63,922 bases of DNA, filler included, from Neolecta irregularis DAH-3 (GCA_001929475.1; 10 parts of 10 records of this genome joined end to end with filler, not necessarily neighbours in it); one strand, 5' to 3'; positions 35,201 to 54,553 are shown, numbered from the whole stretch's first letter. Program-made: numbers and translations. Notes: generated by a model from the sequence alone, not told the origin.

Positions 35201-37069
35201 GACATTCCAGAAATAGTCTCTCTGAGCCGTCAATACCTCAAGCGGAATTTTAGAGAACCCCATCAACAAGCCAATGACAGGCAACGTTATGTCTGACTGG
35301 AGCAAAGCTATCAAAGCGATGATTTACTGCCCACTCATTGTTCTCGCTCATGGACTTGATGCTATGAACAAACTGACTCATCTGCCGCTCGTTCTTTGCA
35401 ATAAGTTTTAAGTTTCGTTCAGAGTTTGACAACTTGAAGATATGATGTTGTGGGTGCGTATGATGCAGTTTAGATTGTCGAGGAGAGAGAGTATCTAGTA
35501 ATGATTTGGATTCTATTTTGAAATCCAAATCAACCATGAAGACATCATAGATATCCATTCCTTCGGCGGAGTTGAGACAAATAACATATGAATGGCGAAC
35601 AAGAAACCATTTTGGTTTGTGTCTTTCGGCGAAAGCCGAAGGGCTACATCCTATACGAACATTGGTGCCCTTTCCGCCAACTATTATTAAGTGACCTTCT
35701 TTACCGTGGTAGCTTCCCTCGGAGGCGAGACGGATACCCATGGCACTTAACTCAAGAAATCGACAAAGTCGATTAGATTCACCTCGAAACATCTTTGAAG
35801 TTAAATCGAGTATTATGTCGAGGGTTTACCAGGAGTCTGATCAGGCTTTGTAGATACTCTTCCAACCTCTTACGCTGCATAATAGCAAAAGGTTCGCTTT
35901 TCATTAAGATCCCTGCTCCTCCAACTGCTCCTGCGAGAGCACCAATGCCAGCCGCAAGACCTGATCCTAAAGTCCGGGAAAGATCTTTCGAAGGTATTCT
36001 ATCGTTGTCATCAGGCCTTTTGCCTCTTAGAGGTAAAGCAGCCCGAGGAAATTTAGGCAGCGTCTTTCCGCCACGAATATGTCCTGCTTGGAGCTCCGCG
36101 AGTCTGTATCGAGTATGAAGTTTGAGGAAATCACGAAATTCTCGATGCACGACCCATTTTATAAGTCCTGCATATTCGACTTCGACCTTGACCAGGACCT
36201 GGCTCCGGTTACCCCCCTCGGCATCTGAAGCTAGAATCTTGACCTGAGACATTAACGCGGAATTAATTGAATTCTGATACAGAAATTTGGTCCATTAATA
36301 CTGGCATTTTCTTTCGGTGGTGCTGGTCACGTTGAAAGGATGAAGCAAGGATATTGATAGCTGGAGTAACAGCAGATAACTGAGCGATGAGATTGGCGCT
36401 TCGCTCATGCTGTTTGCGTTCCTCTTTCTTCTTTCGATTTTTCACTTTGATCTTGTCTCCTAGTTGTTGCCATCGCTCTCGTACGGATCTCCTAGGTTCA
36501 TTGGAAGAAAGCATAGTGGGCACCCAAGGTCTCGAAGTCGAATGCTGCGCTGGAAGAGATTCATTCACATTGGTCAGATTTGGTAAAGTTGCTCTGCGTT
36601 CTGCGTATAACCTCCACAAAGACTGCCTTTTAGACCCTTCCAAGGGCGAGTGAGAATTTGGGGCATTGGAACTCGATGGAGATACGGGGTCATTCACACT
36701 GGCGGGGAAGGTCGCATTGCGAGACATTTCGAAGGGAGAACTCGCTTCCTTTTCCAAAGATAAGCCAAGATGATTTAGATATCGCATTGGAAATCTCCAA
36801 GGAGCATTGTTATGGGGGAAACCCGGGTTGCTTGGAGTTGCTTCTGCGATTCTGGGTGGAGGGTGGAGGTTGTGGCAAGATGTAGATAGGGAACGATTGC
36901 TACCAAACCCCATGAAGTCCGGCATGTCTGCCAAGGTATGTCTGAGTGCATCAACGAATGCTTGGGGGTGTAGGCCCATGGGTTTTAATTCATCATTTTG
37001 CGGTTTCAAGTGCATATCTTTGAGCAAAGGGGAGCCATTTGAGCCCATCTTACTTTCAAAGGCGGCCAA
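32262..37069 (-). CDS. SPO14: Phospholipase D1 (Spo14/Pld1), PX-PH-PLD, multi-exon; start uncertain
   Basis: Two HKD motifs (WAHHDKICIID; YIHAK|TMIVDD...GSANINERS), plus HDWWLSPEL, PRMPWHD, YIENQFF, FLELS...KEG and HRFDSFAPVR. Confidence 0.95.
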
Positions 37070-37424
37070 GCTGCCTGTGTTCAGTGAATGAAGGATTGCT
37101 GTAAAGAGAAAGACGAGGTTAACTCAGAGGATGACTAAAGTCTTTCATTGCGGAAGCGATGCGCTATACTCAACCAGTTATAGCCTCGCAGGACCATGGA
37201 GAGCGAGATCTTCACAAGAAAATACTATTATTCTTCCATAGATCATTCTTATTGTTCCTCAATGAATCCTACAAATTAATCTTGTAAGAAATCAAAAAGC
37301 TAACAAGTGCCTAAATAGATATTTTGCATACCCCGTTTACCCCAATGACCAACGCGAAATCAATAAATGCTCCCAGTCAAATGCTCATTTTACAAACCAC
37401 AACAAGAAACGTCTACTCTCCAAA

Positions 37425-38909
37425 TTAACGAGATGATGGTGCAAGATGAACATAGTCGCAATCGTTTCCTTTTCGGCATTTCCCTTCTCCCTATGAACAT
37501 CAATATAATATATGAATTAGTATCAGATACATAAAATTTGCAAATTTGTCGATATTTCGCAGATTGAGGTGCAGTAACAACAAACGGTCGCACGTCTCGT
37601 AATCGAGGGGAACCTTCTTGACCAGGATTGGGATCCATGGGACTCGTAGAGGTTTGAAGGGCATTATAGGAAGGTATCACAGGTTGAGTGTATTGATTAT
37701 TGAACAAAGGCAAAGCGCCTCCATTGCCTTGTATGCTCTGTAATAGTGTCCCCAAGTCGATCGGTGGTTGTACTTGTGATGGTGGTGCTCGTAATTCGGG
37801 GTTTACAACACCAGAAAATTGTCCGAGAGATTGTGGCGCATTCTGATGGCTCATTCCGCCAAGGATGCTGCCCAAAAGTGATTGTAAATCAACTTGACCC
37901 ATGTTGGATATTTGAGGAGGGAAGTTTTGAGTACCTTGTGATCCAATCGGATTTTGCAGTGTCTAGAAAGTTTAAGCAGGATATATACTTTGTATCGTTT
38001 TACCTTGAGAGATTTTGGTAACGGTATAGTTCTTGTATGCAGGACTTCACCTTCCGAACCAGGTAGAGGTTCAGCAGGAGAAGGCGGTATGTCTTGTTCC
38101 TTCACATAGAATACAGCTAAGACATCTTGCTCCCTAGACCTCTGAATGCCAGCTTCGCGACTTTCCGGTTGCTTAACTCCACCTCTTCTCGTCGCCCACG
38201 AGTCGATATTCACTTCTTCAGACTTCCTCATTTCTCTGAAATCAAGTTCTTTATGCTAAGCATGGAATATTCAAATGAGTAACTTACCTAGTGGGAAAGT
38301 CCAAGGAACATCATCTTCCTCCTCCTCCATGTCCAGGTTTTTATGTGAAAATGCGGCTCTTCCTTCCGAAATGTCAAGATCTCTAGCATTTCCGAATTGG
38401 TGTGGAGTTTGATGAAATAGATCTTCCGGATGTTCCAAATCCAAAGCTTCGATTATTTTAATTTTTTCTAGCTCATGATCAGGTGCCCAGGTAACACGCT
38501 TTCGTTTTCTAGAAACTACAGGTTCAGGCGCAACTTCAGTTTGGACGACGGCGGATGTATCTTTTGGCTGTCCAAGGGCTTGAGTCAAGACGGAGGCCTG
38601 CGGGCCAATACGAGTGGTCGGAACTCCGGGTCTAATGAGTAAGTGGATGGGGCGGGTAAAATGGTCACCGACTTTTTCTTAGTCACATTGATGCTATTTA
38701 TCAAGGAAGAGATTGATTGCTGGGAAGGCTTAACGAAAGTAGGTTTGGTCGCCTTTATGGGCTCTTTGATATTTTTAAAGAAGTTGCTGTTGGCAGAAGT
38801 GGCAACCTTTTCCACATATTTCGCGGCAATCCCCTTTTTCCCCAGGGCTAGGGGCTTAGATGAAGGAGCTTCAGCGGTAGAAGGGTTGGACAGTTTCTGT
38901 TTCTTCCGG
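37425..38909 (-). CDS. PNUTS/Ppn1-like PP1 regulatory subunit with a C-terminal CCCH zinc finger; 5' end in a gap
   Basis: RVxF-type PP1 docking motif RKRKRVTWAPDHEL, then REQDVLAVFY...IPPSPAEP. Spliced C-terminus ICKFY|GEGKCRKGNDCDYVH. Confidence 0.75.
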
Positions 38910-39685
38910 NNNNNNNNNNNNNNNNNNNNNNNNNNNNNNNNNNNNNNNNNNNNTTAATTAATTAANNNNNNNNNNNNNNNNNNNNNNNNNNNNNNNNNNN
39001 NNNNNNNNNAACGAGTAACTAGCACAATATTTTCGACAAGCCAAAGCAAATCACTAGGAATATCTTGTTCCAAAGCGAAAAAAATATTTATCTATTTTCG
39101 TCGGAAAACTATCTGCAACTGATCCAATATGGTATGTGAAAATACTCAAGGTTGAAACAGAAGCGTCCATCAGAACTAGTTGAACCAACCATTATGATCA
39201 TGGGATGAATGGTAGGTGCAAGACCAAATAAGACTTCAGTCCAGAGCACTAGAAATCAGTTTCTAGTTATCTGAAATTGATCACGAGTGGAAACCACCAG
39301 GATGTCTGATATTCGCCGAGAAAGAATGTCCATAGTGTTTAGAAATCAATTCTTTATTTATATTGTCACTGAATTTCATTGTAAATACACATGTGGTAAT
39401 TTTTGTATATTTTATTTGAAAAGCATCTTGAACGAACAGATTCGAGAATATATGAAAAGCCATATTATCTTCTCAGATTAAGTACTTGCCCATAGTCCAC
39501 AGCGTTTGACACCAAAGTTTATTCCACGCTACAAATTTGGCATGAAGAGGTCGATAGTGGAAAGCAGGGTCATTTCAGGGGTGAGGGAGGGAAGCTTTTC
39601 AAACTCCGTCCCTTCACAATAACCTTCAGAATCGTTATAATTTTAACTCACCCAAGTCTACCACGTTGTGACTTCCTTCCCCATC

Positions 39686-43396
<3,711 letters not shown>

Positions 43397-43841
43397 TTTT
43401 AAAGCACGTTAAACTTCAGGCGTTGGTGTACAACTCTTATCTCTTGTGTCTGTCATTTTAACGCATTGATTATATTCGCTTCACATATTCTTGACAGTCT
43501 CCCGATATCCGTTTCAATATATTTTGAAATGTTCGAAGTCTAGATAAAAAGAGCCCCGCCGTTGATTTTCATGTCATCGTAAATTTGAATTCTCTATGCT
43601 TATTTGGATGAAGGGAGCATATTTTGATATGGAGATAACACTTCCCTAGCAATTCAGTATGTATGTGACGCTGTTACATCGTACCTGTGCTATTTAGAGA
43701 CATAATTAATAAAACCAACATAAAGAGGCTGCTCAGGGAGCAGATTCTGGGCATACATACACTTGGGAATTCCCCCCGAACATAATATACAAAAACACTA
43801 CATAAATAATGCAAACACATTTGTTAAGTGTCAACCCCACT

Positions 43842-45220
43842 TTATTTTGGCATCTGTTTCTTACTACGAGCTCTTCGTTCAGCGGTTGTCCTCTCGCTTG
43901 CTAATCGAATAGCCCAAGTAGCCTCATAAGTCTTCATTGCATCCTCAAAGGAAGACAGGATTTGGGAACGATCGCCTGTCTCAACAGCGTCCACAAGAGT
44001 GGATATTTCCCCAAAGTAGCTGCAAATAGTCAAGAAAATTGAGAACCAGAGAATCTTACGGATCGTCATCCGGGAAGTCGTAGACTATATCGTTGTCATT
44101 CATAGGAGTTCGAACAAGAAGAATCGGAGTAGTATAAAGATCTCGAAGATGGAAACGAAAGCCATCACAGAACACATCGATGCTTGCTTCGAACCTATTC
44201 CCATGCAAAGCAACAACATGTTGGAGATGGCCAACGGCTCCAGAAGTAAATTTCCAAATTGCATTAGTAGCTCGTGGAATTCGGCGCTCTCCGGGAACAG
44301 ATTTCTCGTCTGCCGAAATCATCTGGAGTTCTCCAGGTTCCTCGTCATATTCGACTGCATGAGCCATGACCGTGTCCAAGTTGATTTCACCACCGATGAA
44401 GCGACAAAGGTCAACTATATGCGTCAGCATAAGTCAAAAAAGAATTGGTCACCAAAATGAGTTGCTTGTTCAACAATAGGCCCACAAGCTCCGGTTTTGT
44501 CCCACCAAAAGCGCTTGGAAATTTCAGGATAAGTAGGGGCGTATCTAGCACTTATCGTGATAACCCTGAGTTTCTTGCTTTGAATGATCTCTCGGAGTTG
44601 ACTGACTACCTTGAGATATCGAAACATGTATCCCACAGAGACAATATGTTTATGTTCTTTGAAGTAGTTATCGAGAGCTCGTGCTTCTTCGACGGTAGCT
44701 GTACTGATTGGCTTTTCAATGAACATGGCAACTTCTGGAAAGGCTTTAGAAAGAAGTTGTTCTGCATTTCGATTTTCGATAAGACAGCCGCGAAACTGAG
44801 GAGGAGCTCCAATAACTACAATCTTGGGAAATATTCCACTATTCTAAATTATTCAGCATATATCGAAGAGAAACGGACCTTGGAAGCTTCAATGTATTTG
44901 GGAATACTTTGGTGTGTAATTGTATCTCGATAGGCTTTTTCAACGAAACTGGCTCTCTTATTATTAAGAACTATTTCCGAGGTTGAAATAGCTGGGTCAA
45001 CGATGGTTTGAACGCACAAACGAGGACCTAATTTGTGCTCAAACCTAAATGAATGATTCCAAGGGCCTTCAGCTGAGCCAAAGTTGATGCCTCCAGCCCC
45101 GATATACGCTATTGGAAATGAAGGACCTTCCAAAGGAGGTGGTTGTTGATCCATGGCGAAGTTTGAATCCAGTGTGGATTGACGACGAATCAAGGGTTTG
45201 CGAGGTAAGCGGCCAGTCAT
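43842..45220 (-). CDS. Gfo/Idh/MocA-type NAD(P)-binding oxidoreductase, 4 exons
   Basis: IGAGGINFGSAEGPWNHS Rossmann start, FIEKPI, VSVGYMFRY, GPIVEQATH and SSFEDAMKTYEATWAI. Confidence 0.85.
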
Positions 45221-46950
45221 CGTAAGTATACTGATTGCGTAGATTGGTTATAAATGGGTAGGATGGATAGGAACTTAGAAGAATAGATCTGCGGGTTAGT
45301 CTTCTCACTGGTGGGAGCGCACCAATTAATACACTGCCAATAATTACGCAATTGCCAAGGGCTTATCGTATATGTATATATATACCTACCCTTACATGCA
45401 TCCAACAATGCAGCAGATGGAAGGAAGTAAGCAGTGCGATGGAAGACGTTGCAATGTTGAGGATAACAAATCGCACGGTGTGTCAATGTTGCATATTCTA
45501 GAGACAGCTAAAAATTCGGTTTCTCGGCTACCATTGAAGACTGTCGTATATCTAGAGTTACTGAACTAGTCGACAAATACTTATTAACAGGGAAGTCCTC
45601 ATTTGCAAACTGGTAGGTTATAACCAGCGAAGACATTTCCTAGCTTGTTCCTTGCCTTCCCTGAGGACCTTTGCAAAACAACTGATAGCCAATAAGCCTT
45701 CGATATAATCTAACTGTGTGAGAAAACAGGTTTTAAAAGAAAACCACTTTGAAAATGTGAACAATTCTAATATCGAGATAATGAGCTCTAAGCGAAAATA
45801 AGCCTATCGGTATCTAGCGGGCCAAGCTGTCTGTGCGTAGGAGTTTCCTAGGACACAAGTTCAAGGGGGCAGGTACTTGAGGAGTGGACTTGAATGTGGA
45901 ATCACCTGGTTAATGCAGATTATCCAATTATCGTAGAACTAAAGATAACCAGCCGCAGTTGATTTCTCTTCATCTAGAAGGGAATATACCTTGAATAATT
46001 TGTTTCTATAATAAGATTAGGCATTGCACTCTTTAGCTTCAAACAACATCTGCAATCAGGTTTTGAACATAAAGAAATATGTTCTGATACACCTAGAAAA
46101 CCGCGACCTAGAAGATCCACCAGCCTCCCCACCACCCGCAGTTGGCCACCTGTACAATTTCACCACTAGGTTACTGAGCCATTTACAAAATGTAAGTGAT
46201 CTTGAATTTCAAAGCTACTCAATAGCAATAAGCAATATTAAGTCAACGAATAGGTGGTTTTATGAACACTGAAAAACGCCAGGGCATGAAACAACAACAT
46301 ATGACGGAGATCATTATAAACATCTGGTAGGGAAGTGCGCATGTGAAAGACTTAAATTGAAGAAGTTCCATGACATAATTGACATCAGGCCGTTGAGCTT
46401 GACATGCAGTAATGCTTTCGGGATGTAAATGCTTGAGACTTGTTCTTTGGGGCCCCCTGTAGTAGATCGACTTAACTTTCAGTGACTTAGAATTTTCCAA
46501 GATTAGTTAGTTTCCTCCTAATGTAGATTAGTTTTATAAAACAGGCTTAGGATACGCTGACTCCTTTTTAGCATACCACAACCAACAATGATCACCGATC
46601 ACGAACTGGAGATATTCGCCAATTCTATTGTGAGGATTATCGATGCGAGTCGTATTAATTGCTCAAGGGTACGGGAATGATGGTCCTAATCATCGCTTAT
46701 TATTACTTCGCGGGAAATAAATCGGCGCTGTGAAAGGAGACGCAATCTGAGTGCGGTGCGATAGCCTTCCAAAAAATACTTACGAACGTGAAGGCTCACA
46801 AAGTTTATTCGATTGCTCATGGAGGGCGGGAGTCACCGTTTGGAAACCAGCATTGTGATATCTAATTTTGCTTATTTTTTGATAGCTTTGCTGGGAATGT
46901 GCATATCCACACTTCTAACCCATGAAATAGACCTTATCATTTGATTTTTA

Positions 46951-48095
46951 TCAATTCCTCAAATATGGATTCTTAGAGATTCTAAAACGTCCCCTATTTC
47001 GTAACCAAGGTCTTACCAACGAATATTGGCTACGACAACGAATACTCTGCACCTTCGGAAATGCTTCGAAGGTGTAGAAATACCTTCTCAGCTCCGCCTC
47101 GAACACGTTGAGTTCATCCCTGCGAGTCCAATGGCACTGCTGGAGTTTCAAGTCATTGTGATATTGTTCAGCCCAACCACAAATCGAATGAAATGCCTCC
47201 GTTGAACTGAAGAAGGTTTTGTAAAGATCGTCCCAAGAACTGTAACCTGCATTATCATAGAAGAATTCAGCGCGAGCCCCGAAAATACATTTTAAATTCT
47301 CGATTTTGAAAAATGGTTCAACCGTTGCGCCAGATAAAGGTAAGGACGGGAAAGAAGGGATAGCACTTATCTCGACAAGAGAATATCGAAATTTCAGAAA
47401 GGCGAAAAGGGACGAGGCAAAAGCTTGAACAACCCTTGCCGCAGCCTGATGAGGGTTCTCGTCTACCAAGGGATATGCGGGAGATATCAGATGTTTTGGG
47501 AATGGTTCTATGTAGCTTAAAAAGTCATTTGAAATCCATTCGACATACCGTCCTTGAAGTTGCCATTATTGTTTCTTGCTAGAGGCCAAAAATGGTTGCA
47601 AGCGACCTTCGAAGGGAAGCCTTCCATATTGAAAGTAGAACAACAGCTACTGGAAATGGGGGTTTTTCGTTTACAATCTTAGGTCAGTAGACGGTGATGC
47701 AGATGTTCGCACTATCGACTAGGACATAAATTTGTACCTTCATTGCTCTTAAAAAGTCTTGTTCTATGACGGATTCAGTTGAGGTCGATTCATTCAACGT
47801 CCTTAGCAAAGTACGTAGCTTTCTGTGATGTTATGAAATATGCAAACTTTCCGAAAACCTTGATCTTTTCTTCAAATTCTTAATATTCCGAGCTTCGCCT
47901 GCTGCAGAACTGACTTCTTTCGCTGATCTCGCAGTGAGCGCTATCTCCGAAATGTTCATACATTTGATCATATTGGCTTTCCTTTAATCGGGCGAGTTCG
48001 TCCATGCTCAGAGGGGTTACTGTCTCTGGTGAATTTGAGAGCAGTGATATCAAATCCTTCTTTCCATTTTCATTAGAGGTATTCAACGATGTCAA
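46951..48095 (-). other. Fragmented hypothetical ORFs (unknown lineage-specific gene or pseudogene)
   Basis: Same-strand 172-aa and 71-aa ORFs with protein-like composition. No recognised domain and no clean splice model. Confidence 0.3.
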
Positions 48096-48962
48096 TAATC
48101 TGATGTTAGAGCTCTAAGTAATAGAAAAATATTAGTACGGCTTCTCAACAATTACTACACTTGACGGGATATGGTAACGCGACCTTATGGTCTCTTCCCG
48201 CGAAATTATTGGTAACGGGACACTTGAAGGTCTAAGAACAGACTCAGGGTAACATACTCTTCAAAAATAAGCGATTCTTCTGACGGCTCTCGAGAATTCC
48301 GAGAAAGGCCAATCATTAAGGACCCGGTGTTGATTCTTATCACAAAATACCTTTTGGGGAATTTCTGGTGGAGGACTAACTAAGGAAAGAAAAAGACGAT
48401 AGGCGGAACGCCAATGGCGTGTTAACCAAATTATGCCTATACAGACTGCCTTGCCATATATATATATACCTGTAACTGAAGCAAATAGGAAACTCTCGCT
48501 GCCTCACATAACCTCTAAATGTAATAGGTTGTAAACTACATGTAAGTATTGAAGCCCAGATACGAATAAGACTAGGTTGTATTGTTTCTACTTTCTAGTC
48601 TAAGTATTGTCTAACCCACCGAGAAGAATTCAACTGGAAAATTATCGACAGAGAAAATAGGTTCATCTTTGAATATCGACTCCCGTTGGAGGTCAAATGA
48701 TAAGAAATTCCAACCATTGTAATAATTTGAAGCAAGAAAGATTGATCTTGGTATTTCACACGACTAGATATACCAATGATAGAATCAATGAAAGTATGTC
48801 AGAATGGGCTTCACCATCAAGGTCACTAAATTCAAGATGATAAGGGGTCAAACGATTGTAATGAACCAATTTTTGAAAGTTTACGCCGTGTCCAAGATTC
48901 GAAGATTAGAGTTCATAAAAATAAATAAACGCTTATGTGCCACAGCGCAAACAGAATTATAC

Positions 48963-50177
48963 CTACCTTGATGCTACTTCTTTTCCCTTCATCTCGACCA
49001 ACTTTCGTTGGATAGCAGCTTTCTTTTCTAACTCATCACACATCTTTTCACTGATGTCCCAAAGCTCGGACCCGATTTCATCCACTTCTCTCCGTCTACA
49101 TCTATACCTTCAGCTCGAACAAGATCAAGAAGAACGCACTCTACGATTTCGCATTCGCGAATGAGTGCTCCGTTTCCATTTCCGCATTCAGGACTCATAG
49201 CTGCCCAAAGGAAGCTCTGCGCACCTGAATTCGCACTTTTTAGGACAAACCACCAAAAGGGATACATTAAGATATAAAGGAAAATCCCCCAAAGGGCACC
49301 CATGGAGATATACCGTCGGAAAAAACCAGTCCGTACAAGTCCGGGATTGACAGTGTAACAACGAACATTATTAGCAGTTTCGTCTTTTCGTTTATAGCTC
49401 TCACAGCGCCGCTGGAACTCTCTAGACATAGCCATAACGCAAAGCTTCGCAGCACCAGATAGTTTTATAGTTGATCTTGGATATCCTCGATTCTTAAACT
49501 CAAGGTCAGATAAATCAAGTTCGCCAGCGACGTAATTCAGACAAGTAGAGGTAATTATTCGGACGTCCCGACCGGCTGGCTGGGCTCGAATCGCTGGACT
49601 TAATATACGTAAAAGCTGGAAATGAGCAAGATAATCAATTCCAAAAATTTCTTCCACGCCATCTTTTGTGAATGATCTCGGCGATCCACGGGGAGAAAGA
49701 GTTCCGGCCATCATGATGAGCATATCCAGTCTTCTAGGTGGAATATTGTCAATCCACTTTGTAGCAAATAGACGAATTGAATGGAGTGATGATAGATCGC
49801 ATGTTTCTGCAAATATCTGGCTATTCCCGGTATTCTGGCGGAGATCAGAGATATATTCGACTATCCACGGATCTGCTGCATTTCTCACCAGTAAGATGAT
49901 CTGAGCTCCATCGCAGGCGAGATTTCTTGCCACTGATGCGCCGATATCACCTGTTCCGCCCTTAAAAGTTAGAATTTGGTGACGTGAGATATACCGTTAA
50001 TAGAATCACCGAGCCTGGGAGTTTTCGATGCCAAGTATTGATCGTGCCATTGAAGTAGCGCTTTAAAAGAAAGAGTACAATCAAAGCAGATAAATATGTC
50101 GCAGTTCCAGGGGTAGAGAATATCGAAGGGAAAGATTCGATATGAGATGCAATATAGCCTAGAATGGGAATAGGCAT
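48963..50177 (-). CDS. Short-chain dehydrogenase/reductase, Pbr1/YNL181W-like, 3 exons
   Basis: N-terminus MPIPILG, spliced TGGTGDIG, GAQIILL, CDLSSLHSIRLFATKWIDNIPPRRLDM and LLRILSPAIRAQPAGRDVRII. Confidence 0.85.
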
Positions 50178-50386
50178 GACCGTCGTGAGACCCCTCAAGT
50201 CTGCTACTCACGGGATTATGTTCATGTTCTTTTCGATACATGAAGGCATTATTGATACAGACTTTAGGTAGATTTTCGTCATAAACATATATTGTCGTTC
50301 CATTACCATAAACCGTGATATATGACAATACCGCAACCAATCTGTCATTCGAAATACTCATCTATCCAGATACTTGAGCTCCTGAC

Positions 50387-51070
50387 CTAATTACAGTGCC
50401 TGTTCGCGAGTATCTGTTCCTCCACTGCTTCCATTAGTTGCTCACCCCAGTTGCCGCAGTCATAACTGACATCTTCTCCCCTCTCTACAGGGCAGATTTC
50501 CTGAGAAGAAAGTGAATTTCCCATGAACTCCGGAGATAGAGTTGAAATTAACTGAAATGATGGTCGAAGAGGCGGAAGATGATTGTACTGTTCATCATCG
50601 GAGACAAACGTTGCATAATCTGTCTCCGATGGTTGGTTTGTGGAGCAATACTTAGATTCATCTTTACAGATTCGGTCACTATATCCATGAAAATTCCAAG
50701 TTTGGGGCTGAGGTTGATAAGATGGGAATCGAGACAGGGTTTTCGTTTCGAAATGGTCACCATTGAATTGGTCAATGAAAAGTCCAGTTGGCACCGCCCT
50801 GGGATAGCATCTCGATGGTGGCCTGGCGGAATATGTGTTATTAGTTGGAAATTTGACATTTTTGGTTTTTGGCAAATAAGCGGTTCTTGCCGTAGCTAGC
50901 TTGGGATCCATGATAGATATACAACTATTGCCTCTTTCTTTCATATGAAGAGCTTTCTTGGGGCTCGTTCGAGTGGTCTGAAGGGCTCGAAGTCCCTTGT
51001 CTGCAGTCGTCAAAGACTGTTGCATATTTACTGCTGGCTTGGCAGATCTGTTGTTAGGGATAACCTTCAA
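50387..51070 (-). CDS. Hypothetical protein (possibly with upstream exons)
   Basis: 227-codon ORF with no recognised domain. Confidence 0.5.
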   Translation of the reverse strand: MKVIPNNRSAKPAVNMQQSLTTADKGLRALQTTRTSPKKALHMKERGNSCISIMDPKLATARTAYLPKTKNVKFPTNNTYSARPPSRCYPRAVPTGLFIDQFNGDHFETKTLSRFPSYQPQPQTWNFHGYSDRICKDESKYCSTNQPSETDYATFVSDDEQYNHLPPLRPSFQLISTLSPEFMGNSLSSQEICPVERGEDVSYDCGNWGEQLMEAVEEQILANRHCN

Positions 51071-51661
51071 TATTCGAGGAACACCTCGCGTGAGGTATGA
51101 ATTGCAGATCGTTTGAGAGTATCGAAACGCCTGGAATAATGTCGCACAGCATGTCAGTAAGGTTGGATTTGATGGGTATGTATAAAGGCATAGTGGAGGT
51201 CAGATTTAGAAGTAAATACTGGCAACCATTCAATTGGAATTTACACCCACGCGCGCATTCACAAACATACGTAAAGTGGATTAAAGACTGTATGAATTTA
51301 ACTGAAGCTATGAAGACATGAATATTCATTGTTTCTAAAAAACGGGCTGCAAAAGTCGGAAAGGTTAATGAATGCCGGTGACGAACGCTAAAGCGCAAAG
51401 AATCTTTTTCAAAGTCCAGCACAGGTGTATCTGCTGAAAGATTGTATAGCGAAAAGATAGGGTCGCGATATGCGTTTTATTCCGAATCTGTACCATCTGC
51501 ATTTTTGACAAAACATGTATTCGAAGTCAGCCCTGTATGCCGCTTGATGATTGCTGCTCGAAATGGACAAAACGACAATTTTGGGAATTGTCGGCACTGG
51601 CTGATAACCGCAAATCTCAATTGCCAAAAGTTTCCTCAATAGCCTTTGGCAAAACACCACA

Positions 51662-53528
51662 ATGCCTCCACGGTTCCTCTTCCGCCCAGCCCGCTCCCAT
51701 CCTCCCCAGCTCACTTCCAGAACTTCACGCAAGTCCTCTGGTGTTCGGCGGCACAGGACAATTCTCTACACCACTTTAGGTCTTTCGGCACTTGGGATTA
51801 CTACTTACAGTGCCGATTCCACAAAACATAGTATAATCGCAGTAACGAGAGTAAATTACTCCTCAACCCGAGGAAAACCTTTAATTGGGGATAGTGTGCG
51901 AGGGTGGCTTCTGCTGTCGGCCTTGTTTTCCAGGATTATTACAAAACCATCAATGCAACATATATTACAGCAAAAGAACGTTTAGAGGCGATTTCAGAAT
52001 GCCACTATCGATGTGCAAAGAAAGCGCTAAGCGTTTTTGAAAGAAATGGCGGAATTTACATTAAATTGGGTCAACATTTGAGTAGTATGGGGTACCTAAT
52101 TCCACTGGTTTGGGATTCCTTTGACTTCTTGTTCTAATTAAAAGGAATGGACAACTACCATGACGGCTCTACAAGATCAATGTCCTGCCTCGTCATTAGA
52201 TTCAATTCATGAAATGTTTCTCACCGATCTCTCGATGTCCTTGGACGATCTATTCTCGTCCTTCGATCCAATTCCAATAGGCGTAGCAAGTCTCGCTCAA
52301 GTACATAAAGCAACTCTCCGGTCAACAGGCCAAATTGTCGCGGTTAAGCTTCAGCATCCTTCTCTGCAAGAATTTGTTCCTATCGATCTTGCGACCACAA
52401 GATGGGTGTTTGGTGCAATTAAAACTGTCTTCCCAGATTTCAAATTAACCTGGTTGAGCGATGAAATGGGTATAAGTCTTCCCCAAGAACTTGATTTTCG
52501 ACTGGAGGCTCAGAATGCGAGGCGTACAGCAAAACACTTTGAAAAAGTGAGCGGCTCTGCCTTGAAAATTCCCGATATGATTTGGGCAGAAAAACGGATA
52601 TTAATCATGGAATGTAACGTCTTCTCATGGGAAATGATTGATCTGGAAAGTTATTCAAGGATCTCGAATTGATGATCTCGAATTCTTTAAACGTGAAAAG
52701 ATCAGCCGAAGTTCAGTTTCCGCCGAGCTTGCACGAATATTCAACGAAATGATCTTTGGTGATACTGGCTTACACTGCGATCCACATCAAGGGTATATAG
52801 TACCACAGTCGGTTAATATAACTCTCAGCAATCTGTTAATCCGCCCCCGTCCCTGTCATTCGCGTTCTAAATACAATTTCGAAGTCGTTTTACTAGACCA
52901 CGGCCTTTACAGAGATATATACAAGCCACTTCGTTGTTCCTACGCCCACCTATGGCTCTCAATAATCAATTCTGATCTCGATGGCATGCGAAAGGTTCTG
53001 TGATTTCTTCGTTGTGTTATCCTAATATGTAGTATTCAAAGGAAGTCGCTGGGATCTCCGATAGTCGATGGCCCCTTTTCGCAAGTGCGATAACAGGTCG
53101 AGATTTCTCAGTACTCATGCATGGAATTTCGACACCTCGGAATGAAGAAGAGTATAAACGGATCAATACGGCCGTTGGACAAGGGCTTGTGTTACAACTT
53201 ATCGATCTCTTGTCCCAAATCCCACCTATCCTTCTTTTATTACTCAAAACAAATGATTTAACTCGGTTCGTCTGCTGTTATGGAGATGTGCATTAATCTT
53301 TTTAGAGCATTAGACGAATCGCTTAAACTCCCGCCATCCGAGCGACCTTTTGTTATCTTGGCTCGATATTGTGCAAAAGTGGTTTATCAGGAAGAATGCG
53401 AATCGTCATCTTTTTTGAAAAGGATTAGGCTACTAGGTCAGTACTCCTTTCTCCAGTTCAAACTCAGTATATATGAAAAGGCGTTGGGTTTATGGTTATG
53501 GTATTTAATTCGAATTAAAGGGTATTAA
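51662..53528 (+). CDS. ABC1/ADCK (UbiB) atypical kinase, mitochondrial (ADCK1/Mcp2-like), about 7 exons
   Basis: Arg-rich presequence, GGIYIKLGQ (KxGQ), ASLAQVHKA, VAVKLQ, ELDF..EA.N, HCDPHQGN and LDHG. Confidence 0.92.
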
Positions 53529-53655
53529 ATGTTGATGTTTAATTTTATATCTACACACCCATTGATATGGTCTCATATCATTCCCAATATATCTTGGGGT
53601 GATCTTTCAACTCAAGAAAGCTACCATCTCGCCCGTTTTTAATCATGTGGGATGG

Positions 53656-54553
<898 letters not shown>

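Noticed and set aside
39010..39545. Possible exons on the - strand between the gap and PRP22
   Set aside because: Some open stretches and splice-like signals exist, but I found no consistent gene model or recognisable domain.
45605..45640. CTGG...CCAGCGAAG resembling the 3' half of a TPP riboswitch
   Set aside because: It lacks the upstream CTGAGA and TGAT elements and is not in an intron of a thiamine gene.
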